A stretch of DNA of 64,000 nucleotides from Terriglobia bacterium (GCA_963695545.1 OY968796.1:64001-128000); one strand, 5' to 3'. Shown: positions 39,674 to 50,464, counted from the first letter of the stretch. Made by a program: numbers and translations. Notes: a model not told the origin generated them from the sequence alone.

Positions 39674-40600
39674 TCAGAGAAAATTCAAGAGCGCGTCGGC
39701 GGTGGCCTTGGGCTGCTCTTCCATCAACCAATGGCCGGCGTTTGGCACGACCACGACAGTTACGTCCGTTGCGACCAACTTCATTTGATCTCCGAGCGCA
39801 ACGCCCAGAGATTTATCGCCGCCGATGGAGAGAACCGGCATGGTTAGCTTGGTTTGAGAGAATTGCGCGAAATCGGTGGCGGCTTTTTGGAAAGAAACGA
39901 AATAGGCCCATCCGGCTCTCATGCGGCCGGGGCGCGAATAGGCCGCGGTGTAGGCCTCGCGATCGGCTTCAGGAATGGAATGCGTTTTATCGGCGGCAAA
40001 ATCGTCCCAGTAATAATTGAAATAGATGCGTTCGCGGCCCTGGACCAGTGCTTCCGGAGTGGGGCCGTGGAAACGAAAGTGCCAGAGGTTGGGGCTGTTG
40101 TAGATCGCTTCCCAACCTGGGACGCCGGGCAGAAAGGCGTCCATGACCACGAGTTTCTGAACCTCGAGTGGGAACTGCGCGGCGTAGGCATAGGCCACCA
40201 TGAGGCCGATGTCGTGGCCGACGACGCTGGCTTTCTCAATGCCCAGCGAACGAACCAGCGCGTGAATGCGAGTGGCGGCGGTGGTCAGATCGAGACCGTC
40301 GGCGGGAATCGAGGAATCGCCGATGCCGGGAAGATCGGGGGCGATTACCGTGAATTTTTCGCCGAGGGCGGGGAGAATCGGTGTCCACATGCGGGAGGTC
40401 TCGGCGTATCCGTGGAGCAATATCACGGCTGGGCCGTGGCCGCCGATGGTGTAATGAATCGTCGCGCCGGCAACGTCGGCGTCGTGAGAGACGAATCCAT
40501 TGTCGGCGGCTTGGACGCGAACCGCCGCTGGAAGCAACAGGAAAACCAGGCACGCAAAGATCAGGCGGAGAGATCGGCGAGAACGAAGAACGGATTCCAT
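39674..40600 (-). CDS. Secreted alpha/beta hydrolase (epoxide hydrolase-like)
   Basis: LLHGY, APDLPGIGDS, GHDIG nucleophile, AGHW; ATG 40600 begins a signal peptide. Confidence 0.9.
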   Translation of the reverse strand: MESVLRSRRSLRLIFACLVFLLLPAAVRVQAADNGFVSHDADVAGATIHYTIGGHGPAVILLHGYAETSRMWTPILPALGEKFTVIAPDLPGIGDSSIPADGLDLTTAATRIHALVRSLGIEKASVVGHDIGLMVAYAYAAQFPLEVQKLVVMDAFLPGVPGWEAIYNSPNLWHFRFHGPTPEALVQGRERIYFNYYWDDFAADKTHSIPEADREAYTAAYSRPGRMRAGWAYFVSFQKAATDFAQFSQTKLTMPVLSIGGDKSLGVALGDQMKLVATDVTVVVVPNAGHWLMEEQPKATADALLNFL

Positions 40601-40775
40601 GGGGGCTCCGGTCGAATTTATTTGGTGATCGCTATTGGGCCGCTGGCGGCCAGCGATGAACGAACTAGCGATTCTGCGGGAAATCTTACACACGGCGAAG
40701 GGCACGCGGCAAGAGGGGCGGGAGTTTGATCTTCGCATGCTTCGCGAGCGAGTTTTTGCGCGGCGCAGTGGGCGA

Positions 40776-42848
40776 TTATTGGAGGACGGCTTGGGGGATG
40801 CCGGAGGCGAGCAATTTTGCGAACTGGTCGGCGGGGACGGGGCGGCTGAAATAATAGCCCTGGGCCTCGTCGCAATCGTGGGCTTGGAGGAAGGCGAGTT
40901 CTTCGCGCGTTTCCACACCTTCGGCGACGACGCGCAGATTGAGATCGCGGCCCATGGAGATGATGGCGGTGACGATGGTGTTCTCGCCGGGAGCGGTGGA
41001 GATTTGGCGGATGAAGGATTGGTCGATCTTCAAGGAATCGATGGGAAATTTAGTGAGATAGCTCAAGCTGGAGTAGCCGGTGCCGAAATCGTCGACGGCG
41101 ACTTGCACGCCTTTGGCCCGGAGATTCGCGAGGATTGATTGGGTGGTGCCGACGCGCTTCATCAAAATGCTTTCGGTGAGTTCGAGCTCGAGAAATTTCG
41201 GATCGAGGCCGGATTGATCGAGAATGGCGAAGACGCCGTCGAGAAAATGGTCGTCGCGGAACATCACGGCGGAGATGTTCACGGACATCTTGGTTGCGAT
41301 CAGGCCGGAATCGGCCCAGGCGCGCGCCTGTTTGCAGGCTTCGCGAAGAACCCAATTGCCGATGGGCAAGATCAGGCCGCAATCTTCGGCAACGGGGATG
41401 AATTGCGCGGGAGAGACGAGGCCGCGCGTGGGATGCGTCCAACGGATCAAGGCTTCGGCTCCGGTGATCTCTCCGGAGCGCAGATCGATCATGGGCTGAT
41501 AGTGCAGAGCAAATTCGCGGCGCTCGAGGGCGCGGCGCAGACTCTCCTCGACGGATTGGCGCTCGACGGCGCGGACGTTCATCTCGGGCTTGAAGAATTG
41601 ATAGCGCTGGCGGCCGTGTTCTTTGGCTTGGTACATGGCGGTGTCCGCGTTCTTGATGAGCGTTTCGGCATCGAGCCCGTCGTCTGGATAAACGCTGACG
41701 CCGATGCAGGTGGTCAAGTGAAGTTCGTGGCCGCCGATGGAATAAGCGTCAGCGACAGATTGCAGAATTCTTTTCGCGCTGATGGCTACGCCCTCGGCAT
41801 GATCCACGGCCGAAAGCAACACGACGAATTCATCGCCGCCCTGGCGGCTCACGGTGTCCGAGGCACGCACGCAATCGACCAGGCGCTTGGCGATGGATTG
41901 AAGAAGCTGATCGCCGATCGGATGACCGAGGGAGTCGTTGATATGTTTGAAACCATCCAAATCCAAAAACAACACCGCGACTTTTTTCCCATGGCGCGGG
42001 GCGAGGGCGATGGCGCGGCTGACGCGATCATTGAGGAGCAGGCGGTTGGGCAAGCCAGTGAGAAAATCGTGTTGCGCGGAATGGGCCATCTCGAGCGCCA
42101 TGGCCCGGGCCGCACTGACGTCTCGAAAAACCAGGACGGTTCCGCTAAGCCGGCCTTCGGCATCATGGATCGTAGAGACGGAGTCTTCGATGGGAATCTG
42201 CAGGCCGTTGCGCGGAATGAGAATGCAGTTTGACGGCAGCTTCATGATTTGGTTTTGGCGGAGCGCCGACGCCATTGGAATCGGCGAGGTCTCGCGGGGC
42301 GAGGCGTGCAGGATGCGGAACACTTCGGCGACGGGCCGGCCGACGGCTTCTTCCCACACCCAGCCGGTCATTTTTTCGGCGACGGCGTTGAGGAAGGTGA
42401 TGTTGCCGGCGATGTCGGTGCAGATGACGGCGTCGCCGATGGAGTTGAGCGTGACCTGGGCGCGTTCCTTTTCGATGAACAGCGCCTGTTCCATGGCGAT
42501 GCGCGCGGCCTGTTCTGCGAGAAGAGCGGCGCCGGCATTGCGCACGGGGATTTCGATGCCCGCCGCATCTTGCGGCGCACGCTGAAGATTCTGCTTTCGC
42601 ACGCGGGGCCACGTCAGGACGGCGAAGAAGATTTCGGGGAGGAGCAGCCACGCGGACAGAGTGAAGAGCGCTAGTTCCAGCGCCGCGCTGTTTTTCATGG
42701 CGAGGACTCTGGGGAGGGCGGTGATCAGGAATTCCGTGTGGAACGCCCAACCGATCGCGACGAGGTATCCGAGGCCGGCCAGGCAGATGGCGGTCGCCGC
42801 GCAGTAGAGCCGCAGAAATGTGAGAAGACGGACGTTGGGCCTAGACAT
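40776..42848 (-). CDS. Membrane PAS-GGDEF-EAL diguanylate cyclase/phosphodiesterase
   Basis: Two N-terminal TMs, TLNSIGDAV PAS, HDFLTGLPNR, intact GGDEF, EAL, DDFGTGYSS. Confidence 0.93.
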   Translation of the reverse strand: MSRPNVRLLTFLRLYCAATAICLAGLGYLVAIGWAFHTEFLITALPRVLAMKNSAALELALFTLSAWLLLPEIFFAVLTWPRVRKQNLQRAPQDAAGIEIPVRNAGAALLAEQAARIAMEQALFIEKERAQVTLNSIGDAVICTDIAGNITFLNAVAEKMTGWVWEEAVGRPVAEVFRILHASPRETSPIPMASALRQNQIMKLPSNCILIPRNGLQIPIEDSVSTIHDAEGRLSGTVLVFRDVSAARAMALEMAHSAQHDFLTGLPNRLLLNDRVSRAIALAPRHGKKVAVLFLDLDGFKHINDSLGHPIGDQLLQSIAKRLVDCVRASDTVSRQGGDEFVVLLSAVDHAEGVAISAKRILQSVADAYSIGGHELHLTTCIGVSVYPDDGLDAETLIKNADTAMYQAKEHGRQRYQFFKPEMNVRAVERQSVEESLRRALERREFALHYQPMIDLRSGEITGAEALIRWTHPTRGLVSPAQFIPVAEDCGLILPIGNWVLREACKQARAWADSGLIATKMSVNISAVMFRDDHFLDGVFAILDQSGLDPKFLELELTESILMKRVGTTQSILANLRAKGVQVAVDDFGTGYSSLSYLTKFPIDSLKIDQSFIRQISTAPGENTIVTAIISMGRDLNLRVVAEGVETREELAFLQAHDCDEAQGYYFSRPVPADQFAKLLASGIPQAVLQ

Positions 42849-43084
42849 CGAAAATCCAGACAGTGATACCTGTGCACACGAGAGTTCCGATCTAAAGAGA
42901 GGGAGAAAAATCCAGGTGCCTTGCCAAGATTACTGAAGGGGAATCTATTGTGACGGAATGCGCGGGGTATTCAAGACAGATCGGCAGCTGGCGTGCCTAG
43001 TAGGCCATCCACGCTGACGAGGATCGTCATGCGCGGGAGCAGTGACTCGGGCACGAGCAAGAGCGACGGGCGGCGACGCCGCAG

Positions 43085-43279
43085 CTACTTGGAAATTTTA
43101 ATTTTGGGGAATTTGCGCCTGACCGCGGCGACGACGGCGGCGTGTTCCGGCTTTCCCGAGCTTCTGGCGAGGGCATCGCGCGCGTGAGCGGCGTCGGGGA
43201 TCGGATATTTTCTGTCGCGTTCTTCGGCGAAGTCGGACTTGGGGAGTCTTTTTCTGGCAGACGTGGTTAGTTTGGCCAT
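43085..43279 (-). CDS. Small basic conserved-looking protein (DUF6582-like)
   Basis: 64 aa, LPKSDFA...RKYPIPD..HARDALAR; GGAGG SD. Confidence 0.7.
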   Translation of the reverse strand: MAKLTTSARKRLPKSDFAEERDRKYPIPDAAHARDALARSSGKPEHAAVVAAVRRKFPKIKISK

Positions 43280-43431
43280 GATTGAGAATCCTCCTTCCTA
43301 TTTTAGCGCGCTCTTTTTACAGAGCCCGCACTCCTTAGATTGACTTAGCGGAAACTTCGGTGCGAACTTTTTCGGGCGCCCGACGGCGCTCCTGCGTCTC
43401 GACCGGTGCGCAACGCTGCCGCCATCAGGAT

Positions 43432-44514
43432 TCACGCGGCTTTGAGTGCCTTGCTCTTGGACGCGATGCCTTCGAGCAGATCATTCCACGATTTGACGAA
43501 GGAGGCGGCGCCTTCGTCCTGAAGTTGCGCGCCGAGGGCGTCAACGTCAATGCCGGCCTTGGCGAATTTGGCGAGCACTTCGTCAGAGAGATGAGCGCGC
43601 GAGAGCAAAGTGTCGCCGATGTCGGTCTGGTTGGAGAGGGCTTTCAGAGTGGCCTCGGGCATGGTGTTGACGGTGAAAGGCGAGGCGAGGGCTTCGATAT
43701 ACAAAGTGGGCGAGGCCTTCGGATCCTTGGTGCCGGTGCTGGCCCAGAGGACGCGCTGGTAACGCGCGCCGGCATTGAGGGTGCGCTGCCAGCGTGGTGA
43801 ATCGAGTAGCAAGCGGTAGGCTTTGTAGACCTGGCCGCCGATCGCGATGCCGAGTTGATTGTGCAGCGGCTCGGGGACTTTGCTGGCGACGGCGACGTCC
43901 CAGCGGCTGATGAACAGCGAAGCTACCGAGCCGACTTCGGGATTGAGGCCGGCGGCGATGCGGCGTTCGATGCCGCGCAGATAGGCTTCGGCGGCGGCGA
44001 CATATTGCGCGGTGGAGAAAAGGAGCGTGACGTTGATGGGCACACCGGCGAAGATGGCTTCCTCGATGGCGGGGAGGCCTTCGGGCGTGCCGGGGATCTT
44101 AATGAAAAGATTGGGGCGCGCGGCGCGAGCGTGAAGAGCTTTGGCCGCGGCGAGAGTACCGGCGGTATCGTGCGCGAGCAGGGGCGAGACTTCGAGGGAG
44201 ACCCAGCCGTCGACGCCGTTGGTGCCATCGTGGACGGGGCGAAACAAATCTGCGGCTTGGGCGAGGTCTTCGAGCGCGAGCTCGAAGAAGAGCGCCTCGC
44301 TCGATTTGCCGTCCTTCAATTTCTGGCGGATGGAGTCGTCGTAGTCGCGGCTGTTCTTGAGCGCGTTATCGAAAATTGTGGGGTTCGAGGTGAGGCCGGT
44401 GACGGAGAGCTCCTCGATATAACGGCGGAGCGTGCCGCTGGTCAATAGACCGCGGGTGATGTTATCGAGCCAGAGGCTCTGGCCGAAATCGTGAAGTTTC
44501 TGGGTGGCTTTCAT
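43432..44514 (-). CDS. tal: Transaldolase (actinobacterial/cyanobacterial type)
   Basis: SLWLD, GLTSNPTIF, IKIP, NVTLLFS, SLFISR, WASTGTK. Confidence 0.95.
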   Translation of the reverse strand: MKATQKLHDFGQSLWLDNITRGLLTSGTLRRYIEELSVTGLTSNPTIFDNALKNSRDYDDSIRQKLKDGKSSEALFFELALEDLAQAADLFRPVHDGTNGVDGWVSLEVSPLLAHDTAGTLAAAKALHARAARPNLFIKIPGTPEGLPAIEEAIFAGVPINVTLLFSTAQYVAAAEAYLRGIERRIAAGLNPEVGSVASLFISRWDVAVASKVPEPLHNQLGIAIGGQVYKAYRLLLDSPRWQRTLNAGARYQRVLWASTGTKDPKASPTLYIEALASPFTVNTMPEATLKALSNQTDIGDTLLSRAHLSDEVLAKFAKAGIDVDALGAQLQDEGAASFVKSWNDLLEGIASKSKALKAA

Positions 44515-44847
44515 GATCGTATTCCTCCGACTCGCTTACTCTTTAGATGCGGTGATCGCCATGGTTGGCGCATGCTCACCGATGGCCTCGGCCTCGATCG
44601 GCCTGAATTCGATGCGGACGTATCTTGCCGCTAAATCGGTCGCATAGATTTTATGAATATCCCGGGGCTGGCTCAAGTAGAGAATTTTTTCGCGCTTGGC
44701 GGTATCCTTGGCGGACCCACATGAGGCATACAGCCAGCGCGCTCAGGAATTCCGCGTTCAAGAGTTTCTTAAGGCAATCGCATTCTATCAAAACGATTCG
44801 GAAAGATGCGGCGGGAGTAGTCACCGAAGCCAAGTTGGGAGCATCTT

Positions 44848-46308
44848 ATGCCTGTGTCGCGTTCCGCACAGAGACACGTTTTGAGCCGGCGCGTTCGTAG
44901 ACTGACGCCGAAGCGCGCGCTGCTGCTCGGCGCGATTTTGTTCAGCTGGAGTGCGGCGGCGTTTGCGCAAGACGCATCCGGATCGCAGGGAGCGAACCCG
45001 TATGCGGGCAGCGTGCCGGCAACGGCCACTCCGGGCGTGCTGCCGCTTTCGATGCTGGATGCGATCAATCAGGGATTGCGGCAGAATCTCGGCGTGCTTC
45101 TTTCCAACGCGAACACGGAATTGGCGCGGGGCGAACGCTGGGAGGAATTGAGCGCGCTGCTTCCGCACGCGACCGCGGAACCTTTGATCGATGCGTCGAA
45201 AGTAAATCTCGCCGAGGAAGGTCTTAGTAGTCTTCCCATCCCCGGACTCACATTGCCACGATCGATAGGGCCGTTTTCCTACTTTGACGCGCGTGCGAAC
45301 GTGACGCAGACGATTTTCGATTGGCAATCGATCAGCAATGTGCGTGCGGCGGGACAGAGCGTGAAGTCGTCGGAATTTTCGTATCAGGATGCGCGCGATT
45401 TGGTGGTGCTCGCCGTGGGCCTCACTTACTTGCAGGCAATCGCCGACGAGGCGCGCATTGAGTCGACGGAAGCGCAAGCGAACGCGGCGCAGGCGGTGTA
45501 CGACCAAGCGTCGGATCAGGTGAAGGCGGGAACGTCCGCGCCGATCGATGGCTTGCGGACAAAGGTAGAGTGGCAGACGCGGCAGCAGGAATTTATTCAA
45601 GCGACGAACGACTTTGCGGTCGAGAAGCTGGTGCTGGCGCGCGCGATTGGATTGCCGCCGGGACAGGAATTTGAACTGACGGACAAATCGCCGTACCAGC
45701 CGATCGAGGGGATGACGGTGGAAGCGGCGCTGACACGCGCTTACGCCTCGCGCGCGGATTATCAAGCGGCGCTGGCGGACCAGCGCGCCGCGGCGTATTC
45801 GCGGCAGGCCGCGGTGGCCGGCTACTTCCCTTCGCTGAATTTTTCGGCGGATTACGGAATAGGCGGAGAGCATCCTTCGACGGAGACGACCGTCGGCGAC
45901 GTGCGCGGAACGCTGATCATTCCGATCTTCGAGGGCGGCGTGGTGCACGGGGACATTCTGGTGGCCGACGCGAAACTCAAGCAAAGCCGCGAGCGCCTGG
46001 ATAACCTGCGGGCGCAGATCGATGCGGACGTGCGCACGGCGCTATTGAATCTGCAATCGTCGACGGATTTGGTCGAAGTGGCGCGAAGCAATGTGGATTT
46101 GGCGGACCAGACGCTGGCCCAGTCGCGCGATCGGTTCAGCGCGGGCGTGGCCGATTCGGTGGAAGTGGTGCAATCGGAAGAGGCCGTGGCCAGCGCACAC
46201 GATCAGTACATCGACAGTTTATTCAACGACGATAGCGCGAAGCTTTCTTTGGTGCGCGCGATGGGGATGGCGGAAGAAGGCGTGAAAGAATATTTCAAAG
46301 GACAATAG
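44848..46308 (+). CDS. TolC-family outer membrane efflux protein
   Basis: Signal peptide, duplicated OEP coiled-coil halves, YFPSL..SA.YG, IPIFEGG. Confidence 0.88.
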   Translation: MPVSRSAQRHVLSRRVRRLTPKRALLLGAILFSWSAAAFAQDASGSQGANPYAGSVPATATPGVLPLSMLDAINQGLRQNLGVLLSNANTELARGERWEELSALLPHATAEPLIDASKVNLAEEGLSSLPIPGLTLPRSIGPFSYFDARANVTQTIFDWQSISNVRAAGQSVKSSEFSYQDARDLVVLAVGLTYLQAIADEARIESTEAQANAAQAVYDQASDQVKAGTSAPIDGLRTKVEWQTRQQEFIQATNDFAVEKLVLARAIGLPPGQEFELTDKSPYQPIEGMTVEAALTRAYASRADYQAALADQRAAAYSRQAAVAGYFPSLNFSADYGIGGEHPSTETTVGDVRGTLIIPIFEGGVVHGDILVADAKLKQSRERLDNLRAQIDADVRTALLNLQSSTDLVEVARSNVDLADQTLAQSRDRFSAGVADSVEVVQSEEAVASAHDQYIDSLFNDDSAKLSLVRAMGMAEEGVKEYFKGQ

Positions 46309-46311
46309 ACC

Positions 46312-47592
46312 ATGGCCGAAGAGAATCCAGCCGATTCCGGGCCCAAGACGAACAAGGAATCCGCGCCGAGCACGCCGCCGCTGTCCGGCGCAGGGGCCGC
46401 GCCAGAAGTGCCGAAGCGGACTTCGCGCGCGAAGCGCCGCAGACTGCTTCTGATCGGCGCTGTGGCCGTGGTGGTGCTCGTCGTGGGCGGTATTCTGCTG
46501 TGGCTATACTTCAGCAGATACGAATCCACCGATGACGCGCAAGTTGACGTACATCTTTATCCGGTGAGCGCGCGCATTTCGGGATACGTGCTCAAGGTAA
46601 ATGTGGACGACAACCAGTGGGTGCAACAGGGCACGGTGCTGGTGGAAATCGATCCGAAAGATTACCAGGTCGCCGTCACGCAGGCGCAGGCGAATCTGGC
46701 GAGCGCGGAAGCAACCGCTCAATCGCTGAATATCACGATTCCGGTTACTTCCTCGAACACCGCCAGCGAAACAAAGGTCACAGCATCGGACGTGGCAACC
46801 TCCGATGCCGGGGTCATTGCGGCGGAGAAACAGGTTGCCGTGGCGCACGCTCAACTGGAGCAGGCCGAGGCCAACGACGTTAAGGCGCAAGACGACGTTC
46901 GCCGCTACAAGATGCTGATCGACAAGCAAGAAGTGGCCGAACAAATTTACGATTACGCCGTGGCCGCGGCCAAGGCCAGCGCGGCCACCGTCGCCGCAGC
47001 CCGAGCCAATGAGGGCGCCGCGGAGCAGGCCGTGGACCAGGCGCGGAGCCGGTTGGCGGGATCGGAAGCAAGCCATCAATCCGCCGCGGATACCGCGACG
47101 CAACAAGTGTCGTCGAGCCGCGATCGCGCGCGCGCGGCGCTGGCCGACGTGGAACAAAAACGCGCGGCGCTCGAACAGGCCGAACTGAACCTCCAGTACA
47201 CGGAAATCGTGGCGCCGGTGAGCGGCGAGGTGAACAAGACGGTTGTGGTTGGGATGAACGTGGAGGCGGGCCAGCAGTTGCTCACCGTCGTGCCTCTTGA
47301 TGAAGTTTGGATCACCGCGAATTTCAAGCAGACGCAGCTTAAGCACCTCCGACCGGGAGAGAGAGCGGAAATTCACGTGAGCTCGCTCGGCCGGACTTTC
47401 AAAGGCCACGTCGACAGCGTTGCGGGGGCCACGGGGCCGGTATTCAGTTTGCTTCCGCCGGAAAATGCCACGGGCAATTACGTCGAAATCGTCCAGAGGA
47501 TTCCGGTAAAGATCATTCTCGATCCGGGTGAAAACGCGGATCACCAGCTCCTGCCCGGCATGAACGTCACGCCCGACGTATACCTCAAATGA
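46312..47592 (+). CDS. EmrA/HlyD-family membrane fusion protein
   Basis: ESTDDAQV, IVAPVSG, ANFK.TQL, FSLLPPENATGN. Confidence 0.92.
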   Translation: MAEENPADSGPKTNKESAPSTPPLSGAGAAPEVPKRTSRAKRRRLLLIGAVAVVVLVVGGILLWLYFSRYESTDDAQVDVHLYPVSARISGYVLKVNVDDNQWVQQGTVLVEIDPKDYQVAVTQAQANLASAEATAQSLNITIPVTSSNTASETKVTASDVATSDAGVIAAEKQVAVAHAQLEQAEANDVKAQDDVRRYKMLIDKQEVAEQIYDYAVAAAKASAATVAAARANEGAAEQAVDQARSRLAGSEASHQSAADTATQQVSSSRDRARAALADVEQKRAALEQAELNLQYTEIVAPVSGEVNKTVVVGMNVEAGQQLLTVVPLDEVWITANFKQTQLKHLRPGERAEIHVSSLGRTFKGHVDSVAGATGPVFSLLPPENATGNYVEIVQRIPVKIILDPGENADHQLLPGMNVTPDVYLK

Positions 47593-49184
47593 GTTCCGCC
47601 GCGACCCTCACGGCCGACCAGGACATCTGGCGGCCCCAATTCAATCCCTGGCTGATTGCTGTGGTGGTGGCGCTGGCGGCATTCATGGAGGTGCTCGATA
47701 CGAGCATCGCCAACGTGGCGCTGCCTTACATGGCCGGAAGCCTGGGAGCCAGCAACGATCAGAGCACCTGGGTACTGACTTCTTATCTAGTGTCGAACGC
47801 GATCGTGCTGCCGATCAGCGGCTGGCTGGCAGGCACCTTTGGACGCAAGCGCTTTTTCATGACCTGCTTGGTGATATTCACGGTGAGCTCTTTGCTTTGT
47901 GGGATCGCGCCGAGTCTGGGCCTTCTTTTACTCTTCCGCGTGCTGCAAGGCGCGGGCGGAGGCGGTCTGCAGCCGATGGCCCAGGCGATTTTGGCGGACA
48001 CCTTTCCTCCGCAACAGCGAGGCTTGGCATTCGCACTGTATGGCATCACGACCATCATGGCGCCCACAATCGGGCCAACCCTGGGCGGCTGGATTACGTT
48101 CAACTATTCCTGGCGGTGGATATTTTTCATCAATCTTCCTGTGGGCGTGCTGGCAGTGTTTCTGGTCTATACCGTGGTTGAAGATCCGCCGTATTTGAAA
48201 CGTCTGCGCAACGCCGCCGTGAAGCTCGACTACATCGGCATCGCGCTGCTGATTCTGGGTGTCGGCGCGTTGCAGGTGCTGCTCGACAAGGGCCAGGAGG
48301 ATGACTGGTTCGGATCGCGCTTCATTACCACCCTGATCATCGTGTCGGTTGTCTCGCTGATCTCGCTGGTGATCTGGGAGTGGTATCAAAAGGCGCCCAT
48401 CGTGGACGTGCGCATGTTCAAGAGTTTCAATTTCGCCAGTTCAAGTTTGATGATGTTCGTATTGGGAATCATGCTGTTCAGCAGCCTGGTGATGATGCCG
48501 CAGTACCTGCAGATCTACCTGGGGTACACCTCCCAGGTCGCCGGCCTCGCGATTTCATTTGGAGGCGTCGCATTACTGATTGAAATGCCCATCATGGGCG
48601 TGCTGACAACGAAATTTCAGGCGCGCTACTTGATTGCCTTTGGCTGGGTGTGCCTGGCGCTGGCCATGTTCTATTCCACCAAGCGGATTGATTTGACGAT
48701 CAGCTTTAGTTCCGCGCTCTGGCTGCGCGTGGCGCAGGTGATTGGGCTTGGGTTCCTGTTCGTGCCGGTCACGCTGGTGGCTTACGTCGGAATTCCGGCG
48801 GAGAAGAACAACGCGATTTCCGGGATCATCAATTTCATGCGCAATATGGGAAGCAGCGTGGGGACGTCGATCGTCACGACGTTGATCGCGCGGCGTTCGC
48901 AATACCATCAGGAGATTTTGGGTGGTTATGCGACAGCCGGAAATCCAAACTTCACAAACTCAATAAATGGCCTGACCCAACATCTATCGCGCGCCGGATT
49001 GGGCGCGCATACCGCAAGGATTCAGGCCTACGCCAGGATTTACCAGGCCATCCAAGCGCAGGCAGGCACGCTGGCATATATCGATACATTCATGGTCCTT
49101 GCGATCGGAGCGTCGATCATGTTCTTTATATCTTTCGTCTTGAAAAAGAATGACCCAGGCGGGGGCAAGGTTGTCGCCGAGTGA
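47589..49184 (+). CDS. DHA2/EmrB-family MFS efflux permease
   Basis: MEVLDTSIANVALP, WVLTSYL, GPTLGG, WRWIFFINLP, DDWFGS. Confidence 0.93.
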   Translation: MSSAATLTADQDIWRPQFNPWLIAVVVALAAFMEVLDTSIANVALPYMAGSLGASNDQSTWVLTSYLVSNAIVLPISGWLAGTFGRKRFFMTCLVIFTVSSLLCGIAPSLGLLLLFRVLQGAGGGGLQPMAQAILADTFPPQQRGLAFALYGITTIMAPTIGPTLGGWITFNYSWRWIFFINLPVGVLAVFLVYTVVEDPPYLKRLRNAAVKLDYIGIALLILGVGALQVLLDKGQEDDWFGSRFITTLIIVSVVSLISLVIWEWYQKAPIVDVRMFKSFNFASSSLMMFVLGIMLFSSLVMMPQYLQIYLGYTSQVAGLAISFGGVALLIEMPIMGVLTTKFQARYLIAFGWVCLALAMFYSTKRIDLTISFSSALWLRVAQVIGLGFLFVPVTLVAYVGIPAEKNNAISGIINFMRNMGSSVGTSIVTTLIARRSQYHQEILGGYATAGNPNFTNSINGLTQHLSRAGLGAHTARIQAYARIYQAIQAQAGTLAYIDTFMVLAIGASIMFFISFVLKKNDPGGGKVVAE

Positions 49185-49245
49185 GTGATGTAGAATCGCG
49201 GCGTCGGCAAATCGCCGCGCTGTAGGCAGCGGAACCGGGGAAACA

Positions 49246-49884
49246 ATGACGATAAGAATCGTGGCTGTGGAACGGGAGTACGGATGCGGTGGCGGAGAAA
49301 TCGCTCAGCAGCTTGCGCAGCACCTTGGCTGGAAACTTTGGGACCAAGCGCTGACGGAGGAGATCGCGCGGCTCGCGAGCTGCCCGAAGGCGGATGTCGA
49401 GCAGCGCGAGGAGCGAACCGATCCGCTCTACTACCGGCTATTCAAATCGTTTTTGCGCGGGAGTTACGAGGGGAGCCTGAACGCGCACAAGCTCAAGCTG
49501 CTGGATAGCGAAAGCATTTACGAATATACGGAGAGCGTGGTGCAGCGCGCGGCCAGCAGCGGGAATTGCGTGATCGTCGGAAGAGGATCGCAACTTTTTC
49601 TTCGCAAACGCCAGGACACGTTGCGCGTGTTTCTCTATGCTCCGCGAGAAGACAAAGTGCGGCGGCTACTCGCTCGCGGCAAAAGCGCGCATGAAGCGGA
49701 AGAGCTGGTGGACACCGTCGATCTGGAACGCGCGGCGTTCATCGCGAAATATTTCAAAGTTGAATGGCCAAGCCGCGCGGTCTATCACGCCATGATCAAT
49801 ACGGCTATCGGCGATGAGAACGTGATTAAGATGATCGTGGACATCATGAAAGCGGTCGATTCAAAATTGGCTGTCGGCGCATGA
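49246..49884 (+). CDS. Cytidylate kinase-like family protein
   Basis: REYGCGG P-loop-like motif, CVIVGRG, YHAMINT. Confidence 0.8.
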   Translation: MTIRIVAVEREYGCGGGEIAQQLAQHLGWKLWDQALTEEIARLASCPKADVEQREERTDPLYYRLFKSFLRGSYEGSLNAHKLKLLDSESIYEYTESVVQRAASSGNCVIVGRGSQLFLRKRQDTLRVFLYAPREDKVRRLLARGKSAHEAEELVDTVDLERAAFIAKYFKVEWPSRAVYHAMINTAIGDENVIKMIVDIMKAVDSKLAVGA

Positions 49885-49978
49885 GCCATCGCGGACCCAG
49901 CTGACGCGCCGCAGCGACCCTCGGATGCGAATCTTCCGTCTCGCTGATCGAGACAACCAACGGTCAGACGGATCTCCT

Positions 49979-50464
49979 TTACCGTGCGCTCCGTATCAAC
50001 AGCCCGAAGATTACAGCGTGCGACACCAAGAGGGGCGGCACGACCGCGGTCACGATATAGAAGCCTGCGCCCAGCGAGCCAGGCTCCAGACGGACGTGCG
50101 GGCCTTGATACATCGCGAACAACAAATCAGCCGCGCCCCAAACGTTGAATATCCACACCGCCGCAATTGCCCAGCCAGCCATATGAGCCAGCGCCACGGT
50201 GGCAATGATGGCCAGGATGCCGGCGACAAAGTCGCCGAACGCAGCGGGCATGGTCCATGCTTTCGGTAAAGAGCCGGAGACAACGCCCGGCACCAAAAAG
50301 CTAAGCCCAATAAAACGGAGAAACATGTGCGGCGCTACCAGCCAGATCAGCGCCTGCTCGGTGTTGCTGGCGCGAAGCCACGGCCATACAAAGAGCAGAG
50401 CGACCAGAATGGAACTCAGCAGGCTCATCAGAATGCTGAGCCCAAATGCGGCGCGCGGGTTCAT
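49979..50464 (-). CDS. Hypothetical multi-pass membrane protein
   Basis: 161 aa; PHMFLRFIG, FGDF, FNVWG.AD, VVPPLLVSH; GGAGG SD. Confidence 0.8.
   Translation of the reverse strand: MNPRAAFGLSILMSLLSSILVALLFVWPWLRASNTEQALIWLVAPHMFLRFIGLSFLVPGVVSGSLPKAWTMPAAFGDFVAGILAIIATVALAHMAGWAIAAVWIFNVWGAADLLFAMYQGPHVRLEPGSLGAGFYIVTAVVPPLLVSHAVIFGLLIRSAR

Noticed and set aside
40601..40918. N-terminal extension of the 414-aa hydrolase ORF
   Set aside because: It overlaps the GGDEF-EAL gene end; the signal peptide begins at 40600
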